A stretch of DNA of 62,523 bases, the filler included, from Sphacelaria rigidula (taxonomy: Eukaryota): the NCBI GenBank assembly GCA_964200075.2. It is 11 parts of 11 records of this genome, joined end to end, with 100 filler letters (N's around TTAATTAATTAA, not from the genome) between each part and the next. Parts side by side here need not be neighbours in the genome. Positions count along the whole stretch, not along the records: positions 1 to 5,593 come from CAXNAA020026020.1; positions 5,694 to 11,286 come from CAXNAA020026021.1; positions 11,387 to 16,979 come from CAXNAA020026022.1; 8 more parts are not named here. The stretch is one strand, 5' to 3'. The number at the start of each line of letters is the position of its first letter. The stretch's first letter is position 1. A program made the position numbers and the translations under genes. Shown in pieces: positions 1-13,927 of the stretch. The notes below the pieces were generated by a model. That model saw only the letters and a list, made by a program, of their open reading frames with translations, did not search any database and was not told the DNA's origin.

Positions 1-99
1 CCCTCCCCCTTGATAGTGCACGCAAGATTTAAAGGGAGGTGGTGGGGCATCGGCACATACTTCTCCATCATGAGAGTGTTCCTACAATCGCATCAAGAC

Positions 100-1300
100 T
101 AACGCGACAATATGGATGGGCGTCCACTGGTGAGAAGTCTGTGGTCGGGCACACCAAGGATACATCTACACGTGCAGATTCCAGTGTGTAGACTCGGTAA
201 TCTCCATTGCCATCAAAGCCTGAATGATGATTTTATGGCTTTCACCAGCTACCACCAAGACCGCCGTCGTTGGCTTGTTGCACGTTGTAGCGTAAAAAAT
301 CTGCTGCATTTGGCAAACTCGTTTTTGGGCAGTTTCGCCCAAGGCACTCTACATACCCGATCTGCCGATCGATGTTTCAGTTTCTGGTTTCGCCAGACCT
401 AGCCGCGGGATCAGCAGGCTCCGGGATGTTCTTGAATTGGTGGATTTTGCTACACCGCCGGCATGGTCACGGTTTTGACCGCGGCCGGAGCGATTACCTT
501 ATCCACCGCCCCACGGCCAGTCCCTGTCAACGGGGAACGACCACTACCCTCCCTTCAGGTGTTCATCATGCACGAGTGCTTGCCGGTGACTATCGTGATA
601 CGTTCACGCATCAACAGAGACATGGGGTCGACAGTGGCCATTGCCTCGAGATACCGCACCCGTTGGCCTTCACCTCGACCATAGTTGTCCACAATGATGA
701 ACGTACGCTCGGGGTCAGTGCCCGCCTTATGCTCGGCACCCGAAAACTGTCGGCACGGTCAGTGTTGCACCAGCATCAACGGTGTTGGGGAGCAGTGCCT
801 CTCGAGTTCACCCCATGCTACATAGCGGAGAACAACCCGTGTACTTGTATCTGTCTACATGAAGGAGAGTAGAAAATGAACAGCGATACTTTGTGCGTTG
901 ACTTTGGCGATCGATATCCTCACCTCACGAAACCTTGTACCAGCGAGCATGAGACATGCCCGAGTATGTTTGTGGCCAACGCTTTTCCCGGGCTCTACGA
1001 AACATGCTCGAGTAGCTTGTCTATACACAGCGTATCCGTTCCCTGTAACTTGCGGGGTTCCAGACTCGAACAACCTCATACTCCATGGTCTTTGCTTCGT
1101 CTGAACATCCCAACCCACCATTCCATCCGGTAACCTTGTCCATCAAATTCCTAGTTCTATTTTCCGTCGAACTTTCCCGGGGTCTTCGTGAATATCTCGG
1201 AAAATCCGTCGAACTAGCCGAATTCCGGGTAGGCATCGTATGTTCAACAGATGGGGCAAATTTATCGGTTGAGCAGAATACCTTGTATCGAGCCAGCTAT
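100..1300 (-). pseudogene. Possible decayed LTR-retrotransposon gag-like region
   Basis: Minus-strand frame broken by stops reads ...AQSIAVHFLLSFM*TDTSTRVVLRYVAWGELERHCSP..., with a CRRCSKIH motif downstream. Loosely like copia gag and a zinc knuckle; weak recognition only. Confidence 0.25.
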
Positions 1301-4300
1301 CGTAATCCCGCCTTCCTATGCTCGGGACCCAAAACATCGGTACACTTGTGGAGTATCTGAAGCCTGTCAGGAGAACGAAGTATTTCCCTGCCGATGTCAA
1401 TAGAGGAAACAACAGAGATTAGACCATGAAACCCTTCAAAAGACGGCTAGGAGCGAGTCGCCGGCAAGTGACGCCTCTGTTAGTTTTTTTTCTCGTCCTA
1501 TTGTGGTGCAGGGGACTGTTGTACCGATGCACGACTCGTGATTCACCTTCCCCTCGACTGAAGCGTTTACGATATACACTAGAGAAATCCATGCCAACTC
1601 GAGTGTGATATGCGTCAATATCCTCGCTGAGTTTACATGACTCTTGAACAGTCACAATAGGGAATTTACTTTTCATTTTTTTCTCTCCTCCGAATGAAAT
1701 ACACCGACACCGACCAGATCTCTCGTATGTAGGCGCCACTTCTTGCTGAACAGTACAACGGCAGCGGTAGCTGCACTGACGACCGATCACTAGTTGTTGG
1801 ACTCATGTTTCCATCTTATAGTCTCGCCGTTGATGTCTTGTGTAACTGTGCGAGAGGCCATAGATGCAAAGAAAAGAGATGCCACTACAGAGAATTGCGA
1901 CCACTTTGAAGTTGGTCAGCCACGGTACTATGAGACGCACCCGCACCTGCACATTGCCGTGAGGATAGAGGGGGGAAAAAACAAAAAGGCACAAAACTGC
2001 AGCCATTTCAAACAGCAAAGACACAGCACCAAGATGGCAGCGGGGCGGCTGCAGGTAATGCAAACCGCTGCAACTCTATCTGGCTCACTGCGCTACCTTG
2101 TCTCAATATCGCCGGACGAGTCTCCCACAGCAGGTGCTCTGTGCAACAAGTTGTTTACTGGAGCCCTGTCTGCGTACCAAATGGAGCAACGATCGAAACA
2201 AGAAATCTGTGAGGGAAGTAGAAACGAGAGGAACAACATTCGACTATCGGCGGGATTTGGCGAGGTGCACGTGCTGTGCTCCGAGTTGACAGGGTTATGG
2301 ACTGATGCGGCCTATCCCTCGATCTTCCGGCTTGCGAGGTTTAGCCCAACGTGGCGTTCAGTGCATGTAATGCAATTAGAAAACAAGTGGCTTGCCCCGG
2401 ACTCGGAGTTGTGAAGCGCTCGTGCGCAGGACATCAAAGATCTCACCTAAGTCTTCACCGCTGGGGAACCCAAGCCCCCTATCGTTGGGTACGAGTGAAA
2501 TCGATTCCTAGAGAGGAAAATAGTTGGCGTCGCCATCAATTCACACTTTCCCATGTTTGAAAGAACCAGACAGGTGGTGTGCAAGCCTTTGCGTCGTTCG
2601 ACCATGGCGACCCACCATTGACAGCAACTTGTGTTTGAACAATAGTGCGGTGGCCGTTCAATTTCTATGTCGTGGATCATTCAATATCATTTGTTGTGCC
2701 CTGGATACGTGCACCAACGGGGCGCTTTAGGGCTTGAGGTTTTCGTCCCGTCGCGTGGGTCCCCCCGTGGAAGTTTGAGGTGTCTTCAGTCCGCTTTCGG
2801 TCGGGCACACACTTTCCACAAGACGGTTCTCCGTTTTTCCTGCGCTCGAAATTCCAGCAGTATCGATCCGCCAGCGTTCTTTCGGGGTAGTGATTGTTTC
2901 CCGCCATGCGGGTTTTGATTCATCTCGATGTTTTGCGCTTTCGTTAGTGTTGTGCGCGCATATAGATCCGCGAGGATTACTTGAACGGCTAGGGGAGATG
3001 TCGCGGGTCGATCCGAGAAAACTGCTCCGGTCTGAAGGCAGCGTGGGGTTTTTCTCCAATTTCTAGGAATGGCCATGTGTCTCGTTCCAGCCCGGAGCAA
3101 GTGGTGTATCGAACCTCCTCGCTCACTGTGTTGTTTGGGTCCTCAAGCCACAAGCTACGTTTCTCCTATCCACTCTTACCCTTTTCCTCCTGTTGTTCTT
3201 CTTGTTATTCTTTTCTCTTCTCCAATTACCATCTTACCCTCAAGCCACTCTCCGTTTCTTCAGTCCCTGTTCGGCATCTGGTCACGTGACCCTTCCTCGC
3301 CTCTTGGTATCCTGTAGTAGCGACACAAGCACTTGGCATAGATTACGCCAGCAATTTACAAAGCGACACGAACGATTCTACACTTTCGGGCTTGCCTTGC
3401 ACCCCGGCTGCCATAGCAGCAGCACTGAGCTCTGCCGCCTGCAATCCTAGGGTGATACTCGGGTCAAGGGTCTGCCCTGCCAAGTCAACGTCCCACCGGT
3501 ACTCGTACATTTGAAAATATGTGGTGCGCAGTATGGTGCATGAAACCAGGTATCTGTGCAACCAGACAGTTACCACCTAGAAGCCTTGCCAGTACTCAGG
3601 TACATGCACCATAACCCCCTTTTCACCCTTCTCATCTACACACAAGGCGGCAGCTCTACACCATCCGGAATGCTGAGGCATGTGCTGTCGCTGTTCCAAA
3701 CTCTATGCCGGGAAGTGGCAGACTTGATCTTACCGGTGGAGATATTCGCACAGCAATGGAAGGAAGAGGGACTCCCCAACGCCACGCCATCACGTTTTCC
3801 TGTGTCGAGTATCTCGAGGCCTGATGGAATGAGCAAAAAACGAATCTTGGTCCCTCCGAGCCTGACGTATTTTTCACTTTCGTTTCGTTTGCCTCCGGGC
3901 TTTGCAACTCTCTTGGTTCATCTATATGCATTTGCATAGCAGCTACTATGTCGTTGAGATGCCCTTTCATCCTGTTGCCCCTCGTTTCCCCTTTCCTTGC
4001 TTCGTGGTCTCAGGCAGTACTGAGTTGAGGAGAATAAGCCTGGGCTGTCCTACTCGCGTATGTGGGCCGACCGTACTCCCAGCACCCCTTCTACTGTCAT
4101 GCGAACGAGACCGACCGCACACGTCACGAAAGCCGTTCACCGGGAGTTCCGTGGGCAATTATCTACAGTAGACCATCATCTACAGACCAGCGTGCGCTTT
4201 CGGCTATGGTGAAAATCGGACTTGAGGGACAAAAACCAGGTTTTGACGCGATCTGTGGATGACCAAAACAATTCCATGGCCCTCAGCCGTTCGTCTAAGA

Positions 4301-5466
4301 GTATGTGAAACTCAAGACCGCACGTCTGTTGGAAGGACACACGCCGAGTTGGCTGATGACAAGAGCAAAGTTGGGGAGATCAACTTTTGCTGAGAAACAC
4401 TTCCGGACCCAAGAGGGGCACGGGGCAGACAAACACCACGGAGCAGTTTGTAGGGGCGGGCGGCGGAATCCAGAAGACGCTATGCGCGCAAGAAGACTCG
4501 AGTCGTGGGACTCCCGCAATCGAGGCGACTGGCTGTGTAGGGGTCGTGGTGGAGGTAGCCACTCACTCTGGAGTGGTTGGGGGGAGCGAAGCCGCGAGCC
4601 TTGTGAGGGCTAGAGTGGACGATCGTCGGGCCGAGGGGCGAGGTGCACGGGAGGGAGACTGATGAGGTTTTTTCGCCCAAACCCACCGTAACTTTGTCGG
4701 GCTCTGAAAATACGGAAGATCTCGGAATGAATTTGGGTGCAGGACGCAATGCGGTCGAGAGGATTTGCGGTTTTTGCATCGGGGATTTACGACTCGCTGT
4801 TTTGCGGATTCGAGAGAGCCCTAGGGAGGTGGGTTCTGAGGGATTCCATGCTGGAGACACCGTGCGCGCGAGTGCAACCCGTAAGGGTTTGATTGTTGCT
4901 GCAGAGGTAGTGACGCACAATCCAGGCTCGGGTCAAGGGCTTGTCTTCTCATTTATAGGGAATATTAAACGTGGAAGTTCGGTCTGTGTCAGAGATCTCA
5001 GGGATGCCCTACACTTGAAGCTGGGAGCACGGGCAGCTGCATTCATGGCGCCCGCTCCCAATAAGCACAAACGGTGTCTGCAGAGGTGTGTTGCGCATTT
5101 GCAAGGACCACATAGTCACGGTTATGAGGCGCAAGCAGTTTTGGGGGCTGCCTGTGTGTTTTAATATACACTATGTTGTGGAGAGTTCTTGTACCGATTG
5201 CTCGAGTGTGCGTGTTTCGCTGGTAAAATGCATGCCTATCAATACTTGTTCTGAGTGTGCCTCCGTGTTTCATGTTAATTCTGTAAGGAATTGATTGTTT
5301 TGGTCACCAGTAAGCATCTCGTATTCCAATCCCATTTTGTCAGCCCACAGAATTTCTCGGGGGCCTCCGAGATATAAGATATCTAAAAGAGTTTTGTGCA
5401 ATGTATGGAAAAAACGTAATGGGCGCCGGAATGTTGGAGTTGTCTCTATTGGGAATAAGAACGGTA

Positions 5467-5539
5467 CTCCGTCTCGAAAGGGATGCGTAGTCAATGGTCA
5501 AAAGAGTAAGACAAGCAACAAATGAGTACACCCCCCCCC

Positions 5540-5572
<33 letters not shown>
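5467..5572 (+). mobile_element. G/C-tract-associated retroposon fragment (3' end ...AGGGATGCG..GTCAATGGTC...ATGAGTAC + C tract)
   Basis: Reverse complement matches the copies at 27650-27717, 42044-42103 and 52477-52540; followed by a long C run. Confidence 0.75.
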
Positions 5573-5575
<3 letters not shown>

Positions 5576-5593
5576 ACCCACACACAACCAAAA

Positions 5594-5693
5594 NNNNNNN
5601 NNNNNNNNNNNNNNNNNNNNNNNNNNNNNNNNNNNNNTTAATTAATTAANNNNNNNNNNNNNNNNNNNNNNNNNNNNNNNNNNNNNNNNNNNN
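5594..5693. other. Artificial contig linker (N44-TTAATTAATTAA-N44); identical linkers at 11287-11386, 16980-17079, 22673-22772, 28366-28465, 34059-34158, 39752-39851, 45445-45544, 51138-51237, 56831-56930
   Basis: The same six-frame-stop 12-mer between N runs recurs every 5693 bp; 11 x 5593 + 10 x 100 = 62523. Confidence 0.99.
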
Positions 5694-6697
5694 GTATGTA
5701 CCGCCCTTGCCCGAGGATTCTCGGTGTGCGTTGGGTTGGTTCAACCCAACTAGCCTCCTGGCATTCCATCGTATCGCAAGCATGGACAAAAAGCTACGCA
5801 GTGGCATGCAGCATATGTGGAACAACGACAGAAGTAACGGTAGGGTTCTCTATATGAATTTTGGATCCAAGTCGTTCTCTTCCGATGACGTTAGGCATAT
5901 ATTACCCGACGAGCCTGAATAAGCCCCAAAAGTCCATATGTTTGTGTCTTTTCGTGATTTTGGTCGGTGACACTTTTTTTGCCCATTTTGGGGGTCAGGC
6001 GCGCCCATAACAGTGTATGTGCGCAATGAAGAAACGTGTGGGGGGACGAGGGAGATGGGGGGGTGGGGGGGGATTATCCCGCCGACCCAGGTCACTTTCG
6101 ACGGATGAATTCAATTTCTTTCTGCTGGGAATTTGTGCCGCCTAGTCGCAACCCATCTTGCACTCTTATTCATGTTATAAGGCGCAAGCAGCAAGCATGT
6201 TTGACGACATTTGCGTGTGACTCTTCTCACGCTGACCGCCGTGAAGGGTTGCGGTTGCTGCAACCAGGACGAAACTTGTCTGACCCGCGGTCACTTTCGA
6301 ATATAGCAATCGCAGTCGACAATGGTATGGAGCTTGCGAGCCCTGGTGTAGACTGCTGCACAATCGTGTTAGCAGGGAGACACTCATTCGCAGGCAGAAA
6401 ACTACTCCAAGTAGTATCCATTCGTAAACACGCTAAGCTGGAGGCCCTGCAGGTCCGTGTATGGAATACGCCACCCGTATCACTACCTACTTGGACTACA
6501 GAGACCTTCAAGAATCACAAGGGAACCGCCTTTTCGTAAGCCTCAAACGTCCACGCTGGCTCCTAGGTTGCAGGACCGATTTATCCGCCTGCCCTGCTGT
6601 GCTTTCGACCGAACTGGACCTGCCACGCTTTTTACGCCCCTCATGTGCCCGCCTACCCCTTCCCGTGCTAATATTTTGCTGACTCTGCGCAAGATGA

Positions 6698-7075
6698 TTG
6701 TCTTCTTCTTCTTCTTCTTCTTCTTTTTCTTTTTCTTTTTCTTTTTCTTTTTCTTTTTCTTTTTCTTTTTCTTCTTTTTCTTCTTTTTCTTTTTCTTCTT
6801 CTTTTCCTTCTTGTTCTTGTTCTTGTTCTCCTTCTTGTTCTTGTTCTCCTTCTTGTCCTTGTCCTTCTTCTTGCTCTTCTTGTTCTTGTTCTTGTTCTTG
6901 TTCTTGTTCTTGTTCGTCTTCTTCTCCCTCTTCCTCTTCGTCTTCCTCTTCCTCTTCGTCTTCCTCTTCGTCTTCCTCTTTCTTTTCTGCTTCTTCCTCC
7001 TCGTCCTCCTCGTCCTCCTCGTCCTCCTCGTCCTCCTCGTCCTCCTCGTCCTCCTCCCCATCCTCGTCTTCATCC
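6698..7075. repeat. Compound pyrimidine-rich microsatellite ((TTC)n/(TTTTTC)n/(TTGTTC)n/(TCCTCGTCC)n)
   Basis: Directly visible. One minus-strand frame gives a D/E/Q/K-rich tract continuous with upstream decayed coding sequence. Confidence 0.95.
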
Positions 7076-7089
7076 CTGCTGTCATCCAC

Positions 7090-8970
7090 ACTAGCATCTG
7101 TGGAACTCGCCTCAATTGCAGCTCCCGTCTAGGGTTGCCGTCGCCCGTTCTGTCGTGTTCCAATGAACCTCCTCGCCGTCTTGTGTGCCCTTTTGCGCAG
7201 TCTACCCCTTCCCGCCCCAGACTTCGGCTTCGAAGACTCCTTGAACGCGGCTAGTACAAGCTCGCTTCGAATACAGGCGCCCCCGTTCCTCGCTCCGACT
7301 GGGCGTCAGATAGCGGTAATTAAGGTCTCGGGCTCCCAGGTCCTGTACCGACAGCGTAGTCCGATCGCAAATACCTGGCGATGGCAACGTATGCGACAAT
7401 TATGCGGTTACTCAGACGCGAACAAAGAATGAGGTGTAGCTGACTTCCGGGAAGCTATTGGTTGCACGCTTTCGTCCTCGCGAATGTTTGTTGCTGCACT
7501 CTTCCGGGTTCATTTCCGTGGGATTGGCTGATTCGACGAAACCTGGTCATGTTTTCCTCTCAAGACATAACAACAAACGCGCTCTGCTACCTTTGTCGGC
7601 GAGGAAGATGTGCGATACCAGTGTCGCTGGTATGGTAGACAGTATTATGTACCCATGCCAGTAATTTACAAGAGCAATTCGACCAAGTTAGAATAATCCT
7701 ACTGCATGGTAAACACGACTAAGCTCGGGTGATACAAAGCCACATACCTCGCAGTAGTGTGTTGAATTCCAGCCTTGAACAGCTCGCGCAAGATGCGCCT
7801 GCCTCGTCAACAAACACGACGCACGCTTCGCTACTCTCGCCAACAACCGACTCCGCATGAACGATGACGGAGTCAGTCGTGACGAGCGCGCGCCAGGGCA
7901 CGCGGCAGTGTCCAAGAGACCCGTCGTGTACAGCGATGGGATAATTCCGGGGAGCCGGAAAGGGGATGTTCAGCTTATAGCCCGAACAGGGAAAGCGCTC
8001 CGCCGGTAACTCCAAGGTCGTGGGCTCTGCAGGGGATGACGGCGGGTCAAATGTCTCCAATATGACGTCGCTATGTTCGCGACCACGACAGCTTTCGGTC
8101 TCAACATCGCTGCCGACGACCACCTCGACATCAGCGGCCTCTGTGCCTCTTCTGTCAGCCGCTGCGGTATCTAATGTAGCTGCTGCTGTCTCCGTCTGAG
8201 GTCCGCTCGAGGCATCTGGGTTCTTCGAAAAAACGTCCAACATCGTTGTGTGGAGCTAGCCGATTTCTTCACCACCATTCGCTTCCTGGCCACGTGACAC
8301 AGCAAAAAAAAGCGGCCATCGATTCTTCAACATTTGAACAACTTTTGTCAGCTCGATCAGGTGGTTAGCGAGATTCGCAAAAACGATAGCACTCTCAGAA
8401 TCTGTGATGACAAAGGGGACTATTTTTCTCGCGCGCGCATCCAAATTTTGAGGTTTCGATAACACCGCACGCACGCGCTGACGGGAACCTTACTTGTGGT
8501 TCTCCGAATTCTTACGTCGTCGGACCACGGCTTCGGTCAGCTTTTTCACGTCTTTGCCGAAGACGCGATTGCACGAGCAGATCCACTCGCCGGCAGGAGT
8601 TTTTGTTGCTATGGCAGCAATCGGAAGCTCGGCTTCCTCACCCTGCGACTTTGTCGCGTTCCTATCGCACAAGTTCGAAACAACACGCAGGTCACACCGT
8701 CGAAGAGACAATGTTACAAGTTGAGGTAAAGGTGCATATGCATAGGTTGGGCACAGAGTTCATCAGCGTACTTTTCCTTGCGCGACCTAAGCCGGACAAT
8801 ATGAACGGTTGGCTGTTTCACGGAGAAAGTGGAGGAACGATATCGCGAGAAATTCAAACCCTGACAAACAGAACGCACTTGTGCCTCGCAGACGCCTCGT
8901 GTTGTTTCAGCTGAGCCTCTCCCATTCCCCTCCCCGTACTGTCGAAAGGCTGCCTGCAAATCGTGCACTC
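7090..8970 (-). pseudogene. Decayed intronless ORF of unknown family (probably transposon-derived)
   Basis: ORFs 8490-8711, 8256-8474 and 7719-8243 share one frame separated by single stops. Protein-like content includes EWICSCNRVF, FPCSGYKLNIP..NYPIAVH..VPW and CASCSRLEF. Confidence 0.5.
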
Positions 8971-9096
8971 CATCTTCCCTGGTCCAGTCTCCCGCAGAAG
9001 CCTCGCTACGACAGCCGCAACCGTTTCCCTTGCAGCAGATCTCGATTGTCTGCTGGTGATAGCGCTGGTCGAGTTGACAAGTCCGAAGGGTAGTGG

Positions 9097-9400
9097 TTGA
9101 TTGATTTGATTGATTGATTATCGCACTTTCACTGACCCCCCAGGGATGCAGCCGTGGTCACATGATAGACGTCCCCAGTAAAAACGAGACTGGAAAAAAT
9201 ACTCGCTGTGGAAAAATAAAAATAAAGGAAAGTCTTACCAAAAAGCCGAGCAAAACGACGCAGTACGTTACGACGTGAAAAAAAAACAGAAGGAGAAGAA
9301 AAAGCAAAAATAAGATAAAAGAAAAAAAGTAAAAAGGAGACGAAATGATGCGGGAGGCTAAAGGGTTTTCGTTTCAACATTTTCTGCGCCTCGACGGCAC
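9097..9400 (-). mobile_element. 3'-end fragment of RTE-like LINE with (CAAT)n tail
   Basis: (TTGA)n-TCGCACTTT..CAGCCGTGGTCACATGATAGACG matches the LINE 3' ends at 29639-29730 and 54990-55099. Confidence 0.75.
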
Positions 9401-11749
9401 GTCAACTAAGTGACCCCGCTTCTCTCGTGTGGCGGGTGACAAAGCCGATCCGTTACCCGATCCAAATGAATTGAGAAGTTGAATTGCAATTAAGGTAGAT
9501 CGCAGTGCAGCGCACGTATGACGTTGACTTGTTACGGTATGGTTCGAGAAATACACCGGGTTCAAAGCCAACCAAACTTCTGCAAACTTAGAAACTGCAC
9601 TACAGTATACCTTGCCGCAAACGGGTACTGGCAACTTGTCGTGGACGAAAATGTCTCGGCCGCAGGGTGATGTGCAGACGCCAAAACCGCTGCGCTTCGC
9701 ACACGTTGATGTCGCATTGCTATTCATGTCACCGCATCGCCTGTAATCTCACCTTCACGGGCGTACCCCTGTTGTCCTACTCTGGTGTACCATTACAACA
9801 TGTTATGTTCATTGCTTTCTTGTTCTGTCGTGGTCTGATCACGAGGTAATACTGGTTTCACTCTCGAAGAACATGCTAGGCCAGGGGTTACACGAGGTCA
9901 GCGGCTGGCTATGGTAAACAATTGCAGTCGAGAGGCATGACCCCTTCCACTCGTGAGTAGCAGACCCTCGAGCCCGGCCAGTACTGCACCATAAAGCAAG
10001 CAGGGACTCACTTTCACGTGCAGAAGAGGTGCTCTTGACTTGCTTGCAAGCGAGATGTCTACGAGTGGTGGCTGATAGCTCCGTTATTAATCAGTCTTAG
10101 CTCGGTAGCTAAAAGAGTGACCAGCCTGGGGCGATACTGCAAGACCAGACTGGAATATAACGTGACTAACGTACGGCTGGAATACGACCTATTGCCCATA
10201 TCACGCACATCGAGAACGCCTTCTATATAAGCGACTGATATCCGCCGTCACATCCCCCTCTCTTGCTTTGTGTACGCTGTACTGCAAAGTAGGGGGTGTC
10301 GCTTTATTCCATACCGAAAAAGATCCAATCAAATACATGCCATCAGCCTTATATCGACGAGAAAACCGCGAATTTCAAGGTTAGCGATGACCACGGGAAA
10401 AACTCGTCATAAAATAAAAAGATGGGCCAAACCTGGTATTCAGGGAAAATGCCTCATCGTTTGGGGAAAAAATCTCTCACGCCCTTTCGGATCATAGCGC
10501 GTGCTTTCGCATGCGCTATGTCGTCCCGGAATCACATTTACACTGGAAACAGAAACCACTGAGAATAGCCAAAAACCATTCTCAGGTGGCAACGACGCTT
10601 AGACACCCGTGATCGATTACATCGATCCTGGGTAGTGTGGGACTCGCAAAAAGCTGACCCACTAAAAAAAAAACAATCCGATTGCTGGCTGATGGGAGTG
10701 CGTAGGCTTTCTCCCGTCGACCAGCAACCGTCGACCTACTGGACACTGGGGGCTCTACTATTTAAGAGTTCTATCATGGTACAGTGTCCAGGCAGGTACT
10801 CGGTGCCCCACCTTCTTGCCCAATGCTAATTCTATATGATTTTTCTCTATAAAAGAGTGGGTCACCCTAAAGTTGGATCCGCATTCACGGATATACAAAA
10901 TAAAGAGAAAAAAACGTGGAGCGGAACTAGGACTGGCCACAGAGGAAACAAAGAGGCCAACAACAACAAAAAAAACAAAAAAGAACAATATATAAAGCAA
11001 TAGTACACAGCCAGGAAAAGGGTACCGCAACTCTGCATCGATTCGGGACGAGAAAATCAAGAAACAGAGGAGCCGCGTAGGCGCTATAGTACCAGAAAAG
11101 GCTATAGAAAACAAGCAAAAGCGGCTGTGGAACCCAGGGGAGACGTGAAAAAATTGGAAAAAGAAACGGCTAGTGCAGCGGGCTCCGTTCGCCAGACTAT
11201 ATATGTCAAAAAAAAAAGAAGGAAAAGGGGACGAGAAAAAAAGAGGGGGGGGGGGGAAAAACAGGGGGAAAAAAGCACGGAAAAGANNNNNNNNNNNNNN
11301 NNNNNNNNNNNNNNNNNNNNNNNNNNNNNNTTAATTAATTAANNNNNNNNNNNNNNNNNNNNNNNNNNNNNNNNNNNNNNNNNNNNCGTGTTTTATAGCG
11401 CCATCGCCAACCGACGCCAACCCCATCTAGGGTCCGCCCCTACAAAGCCGGGACGGAGCACGCCAGGTTCTCGCCGGACCAGGCTGAGGGGGGGGGGGAG
11501 GGGGGTGGATTGATTCCACGAGAAACAGGGGCTCAGGGGTGTCTCAGGCAGCCGAACTATTCGCGGTGCATTGTGTCTAGGTGAACACGGTATCATGTGG
11601 GATGAATCAGTGTATCTTATTGGTAACAAGCACGTTCGAACAACCGTTGCCGCTTTCACCGACGATTTGAGGTGGAATTGCGTGGAAGAATTGGCCTGAA
11701 GTACCCCTCCCCCCTACCGTAGCATTACTCAAAACAAGCAAAGTAGACT

Positions 11750-13160
11750 GGGAGAAATCAACAACCTATAGGAAAACACAGGAGTACATCACTTTCTTTG
11801 TTAACCCAGCTGCCCCAACTCATCTCAAGTCGGGTACAAAGCAGGACAAAATCTGGACTATTTCCATCCCAGATTTCTCGCGGGCTGTTGCTGTTGTGGC
11901 CGCCTTCAAAGTCTGGCCAATTTGCTTTTTGGGAAGTTCGAAACAGTTCATTTTGGTATTTCGACATGATTCCTAAGGTGGGAGATTTCATGTTGTTTTC
12001 TTCACTTTTTTGTTTATTTAACTGCTCGCCTCACATCTCGGTAAGAGCTTGCATTATGTCATTTCTTATGCTGCCTCCTTCACCGCATCCGGTATGCGGT
12101 CAATAAAGTTCTGCTGTGAAAGCTCTCTATCGGTCGCCATTGCCTCCGTAACTGCGAAATACTTCTGGTCCTCTACTTGACAAAATGCTCTTCATCTCAC
12201 GAACATTGTGTTGTATTCGGTATTGAGATGCATGAAGAATGGCTCACCTGTTTTTCATGCGTATTCGGGCAATATTCTCTGGTGAAAAGCATAGGGGCAG
12301 GAATCACATAACCTCCACATGCAGTGTTGTAACACAGAGCAACCTCAGTACAAAGTTGTTTTCCTATGTCAACCGAATGGTTCCAACCAGTTACGGTCTG
12401 AGACCACATTACTGTATACTGTACCCCGGAGTATGTATATATATTGTATTGCGGTTCGCCCTGCTGTGCCTTTTCGGTCTAAAATTGTCCATGTGTACCT
12501 GAAATTGTCACTTACTCCGTCATGAAATGCACACATCAGTTTTTCTTGTCTTCATCTCATATTGGTCGAGACTTCATGTTCGAGGCCATCATCATCGATC
12601 CATCAGAAATAAAAAATTATTGCGCCGTGAACGCGTCGACTGCAGTTAACTGGTCCACCAAGGACCCCAGCACCTGTTCTCATGACAAACGTGGCCGGCA
12701 ATATACTGACGCCAACACTTCACCGCGCCGATCAATGACGTACAATTTATACTCCTGCCTGCATGGGTCTAACGGAGAGGCATGCGAGGAGCACGACAAA
12801 GCTGAAGCGAAGAGAATCGAGCCTGGGAGTATTGGAACAATCTGCGGTACAATTTCCGCTACGAACAATCTCAGTGCAGTAAAGGGTAGTGCCAGACGCT
12901 GAGCTTTAGTCGGCAACATCATCAGTAGATCAAAGCTCGCAAGGACAGAGCGCGACAGATGTCAAGATTTTGGTGGTCAATAATCTCAGGCTCGTTTGTT
13001 GAGAAAATTCAGATATTACCGGTAAACATTTGCGCTGAATGAACTCAAGGGGGAAATAATAGTCAGCAATCGGAAAGCGTAAGGGGGTCGGCAGGTGAAG
13101 GCCGTTAATATCGACACAGTTTTCTCGGAGATCGCCAAGCCTTCACGTTTGGCGAACGCC
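11750..13160 (-). pseudogene. Decayed coding-like region interrupted by the TIR element at 13170 (may continue at 15451-15650)
   Basis: Frame with scattered stops: YKLYVIDRRGEVLASVYCRPRLS*EQVLGSLVDQLTAVDAFTAQ*FFISDGS. Family not identified. Confidence 0.3.
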
Positions 13161-13511
13161 AAATATTTCCAGGGGTCTACACGTAACACGTAACACGTTC
13201 ACGTTACGTTAATCACGAAAATTTTATTTAACGTTCACGTTACGTTACGTATGTCACGGTAAATAAAATTTAACGTTACGTTAACGTTTCATTTGAAAAT
13301 CTAACGTGACGTTCACGTGACATTCACGTGACATTCACGTTACGTCCATCACGTGAAGAAAATTAAACATTACGTTCCGTTCCATGTAACGTAATATGAA
13401 ACGTTTCAAAGTCATACGTGTAACATCTGATATGACGTTACGTTGGCACGTGTAACGTTCGAATGTAACGTTTCATTATGTGCATGTCGCGTCTCATTTA
13501 CCAGTGTTTAA

Positions 13512-13597
13512 CCCTTAGACCATCTGGATCACTCATACTTTTTTCAAGTGGATATTGATGCCGATTCCGCAGGTGACCTACCCTCGCGGTCCAAGGG
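13512..13597. mobile_element. piggyBac-like MITE (86 bp), nested in the hAT-like element
   Basis: TTAA-CCCTTAGACC...GGTCCAAGGG-TTAA; related copies at 38950-39047 and 40795-40901. Confidence 0.8.
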
Positions 13598-13927
13598 TTA
13601 AGGCGTTGTAACTTGTCGTGTAACGCGTGATGTTACCGTGTAGGTGACACTGCCGGTGACCCGTCGACAATTTCTTATATATGTTGAAAAAAAAAAAACT
13701 CTATAAAAAAACACTTTTTCTGATAAATGACCAAAAGCCCACTTCTTATATGATCAGAAAACGCGTTTTTTATAGAACATTCTCTGATAACATTTTCCGA
13801 TAGCCCAAATGTATCACAACATCAGGATTTTCTGATAGCATTGGGCTATCGAAAAATGTTAGTGAAAACGCGGTTGAAATCCCCGCCGCACGCCAATACA
13901 CCCTCTAGCCCACGACGGCAGCCATGG

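Noticed and set aside
3340..4920. Gypsy gag-like remnant and LTR
   Set aside because: Only one short suggestive peptide (LWCMYLSTGKASRW); no pol motifs or paired LTRs.
5638..5649. Conserved TTAATTAATTAA motif
   Set aside because: Synthetic linker.
6457..7254. Long poly-F, poly-K and poly-S ORFs
   Set aside because: Stop-free reading of a microsatellite in several frames.
9826..10252. Solo LTR (TG...CA)
   Set aside because: No matching TSD and only weak terminal inverted similarity; no second copy in the window.
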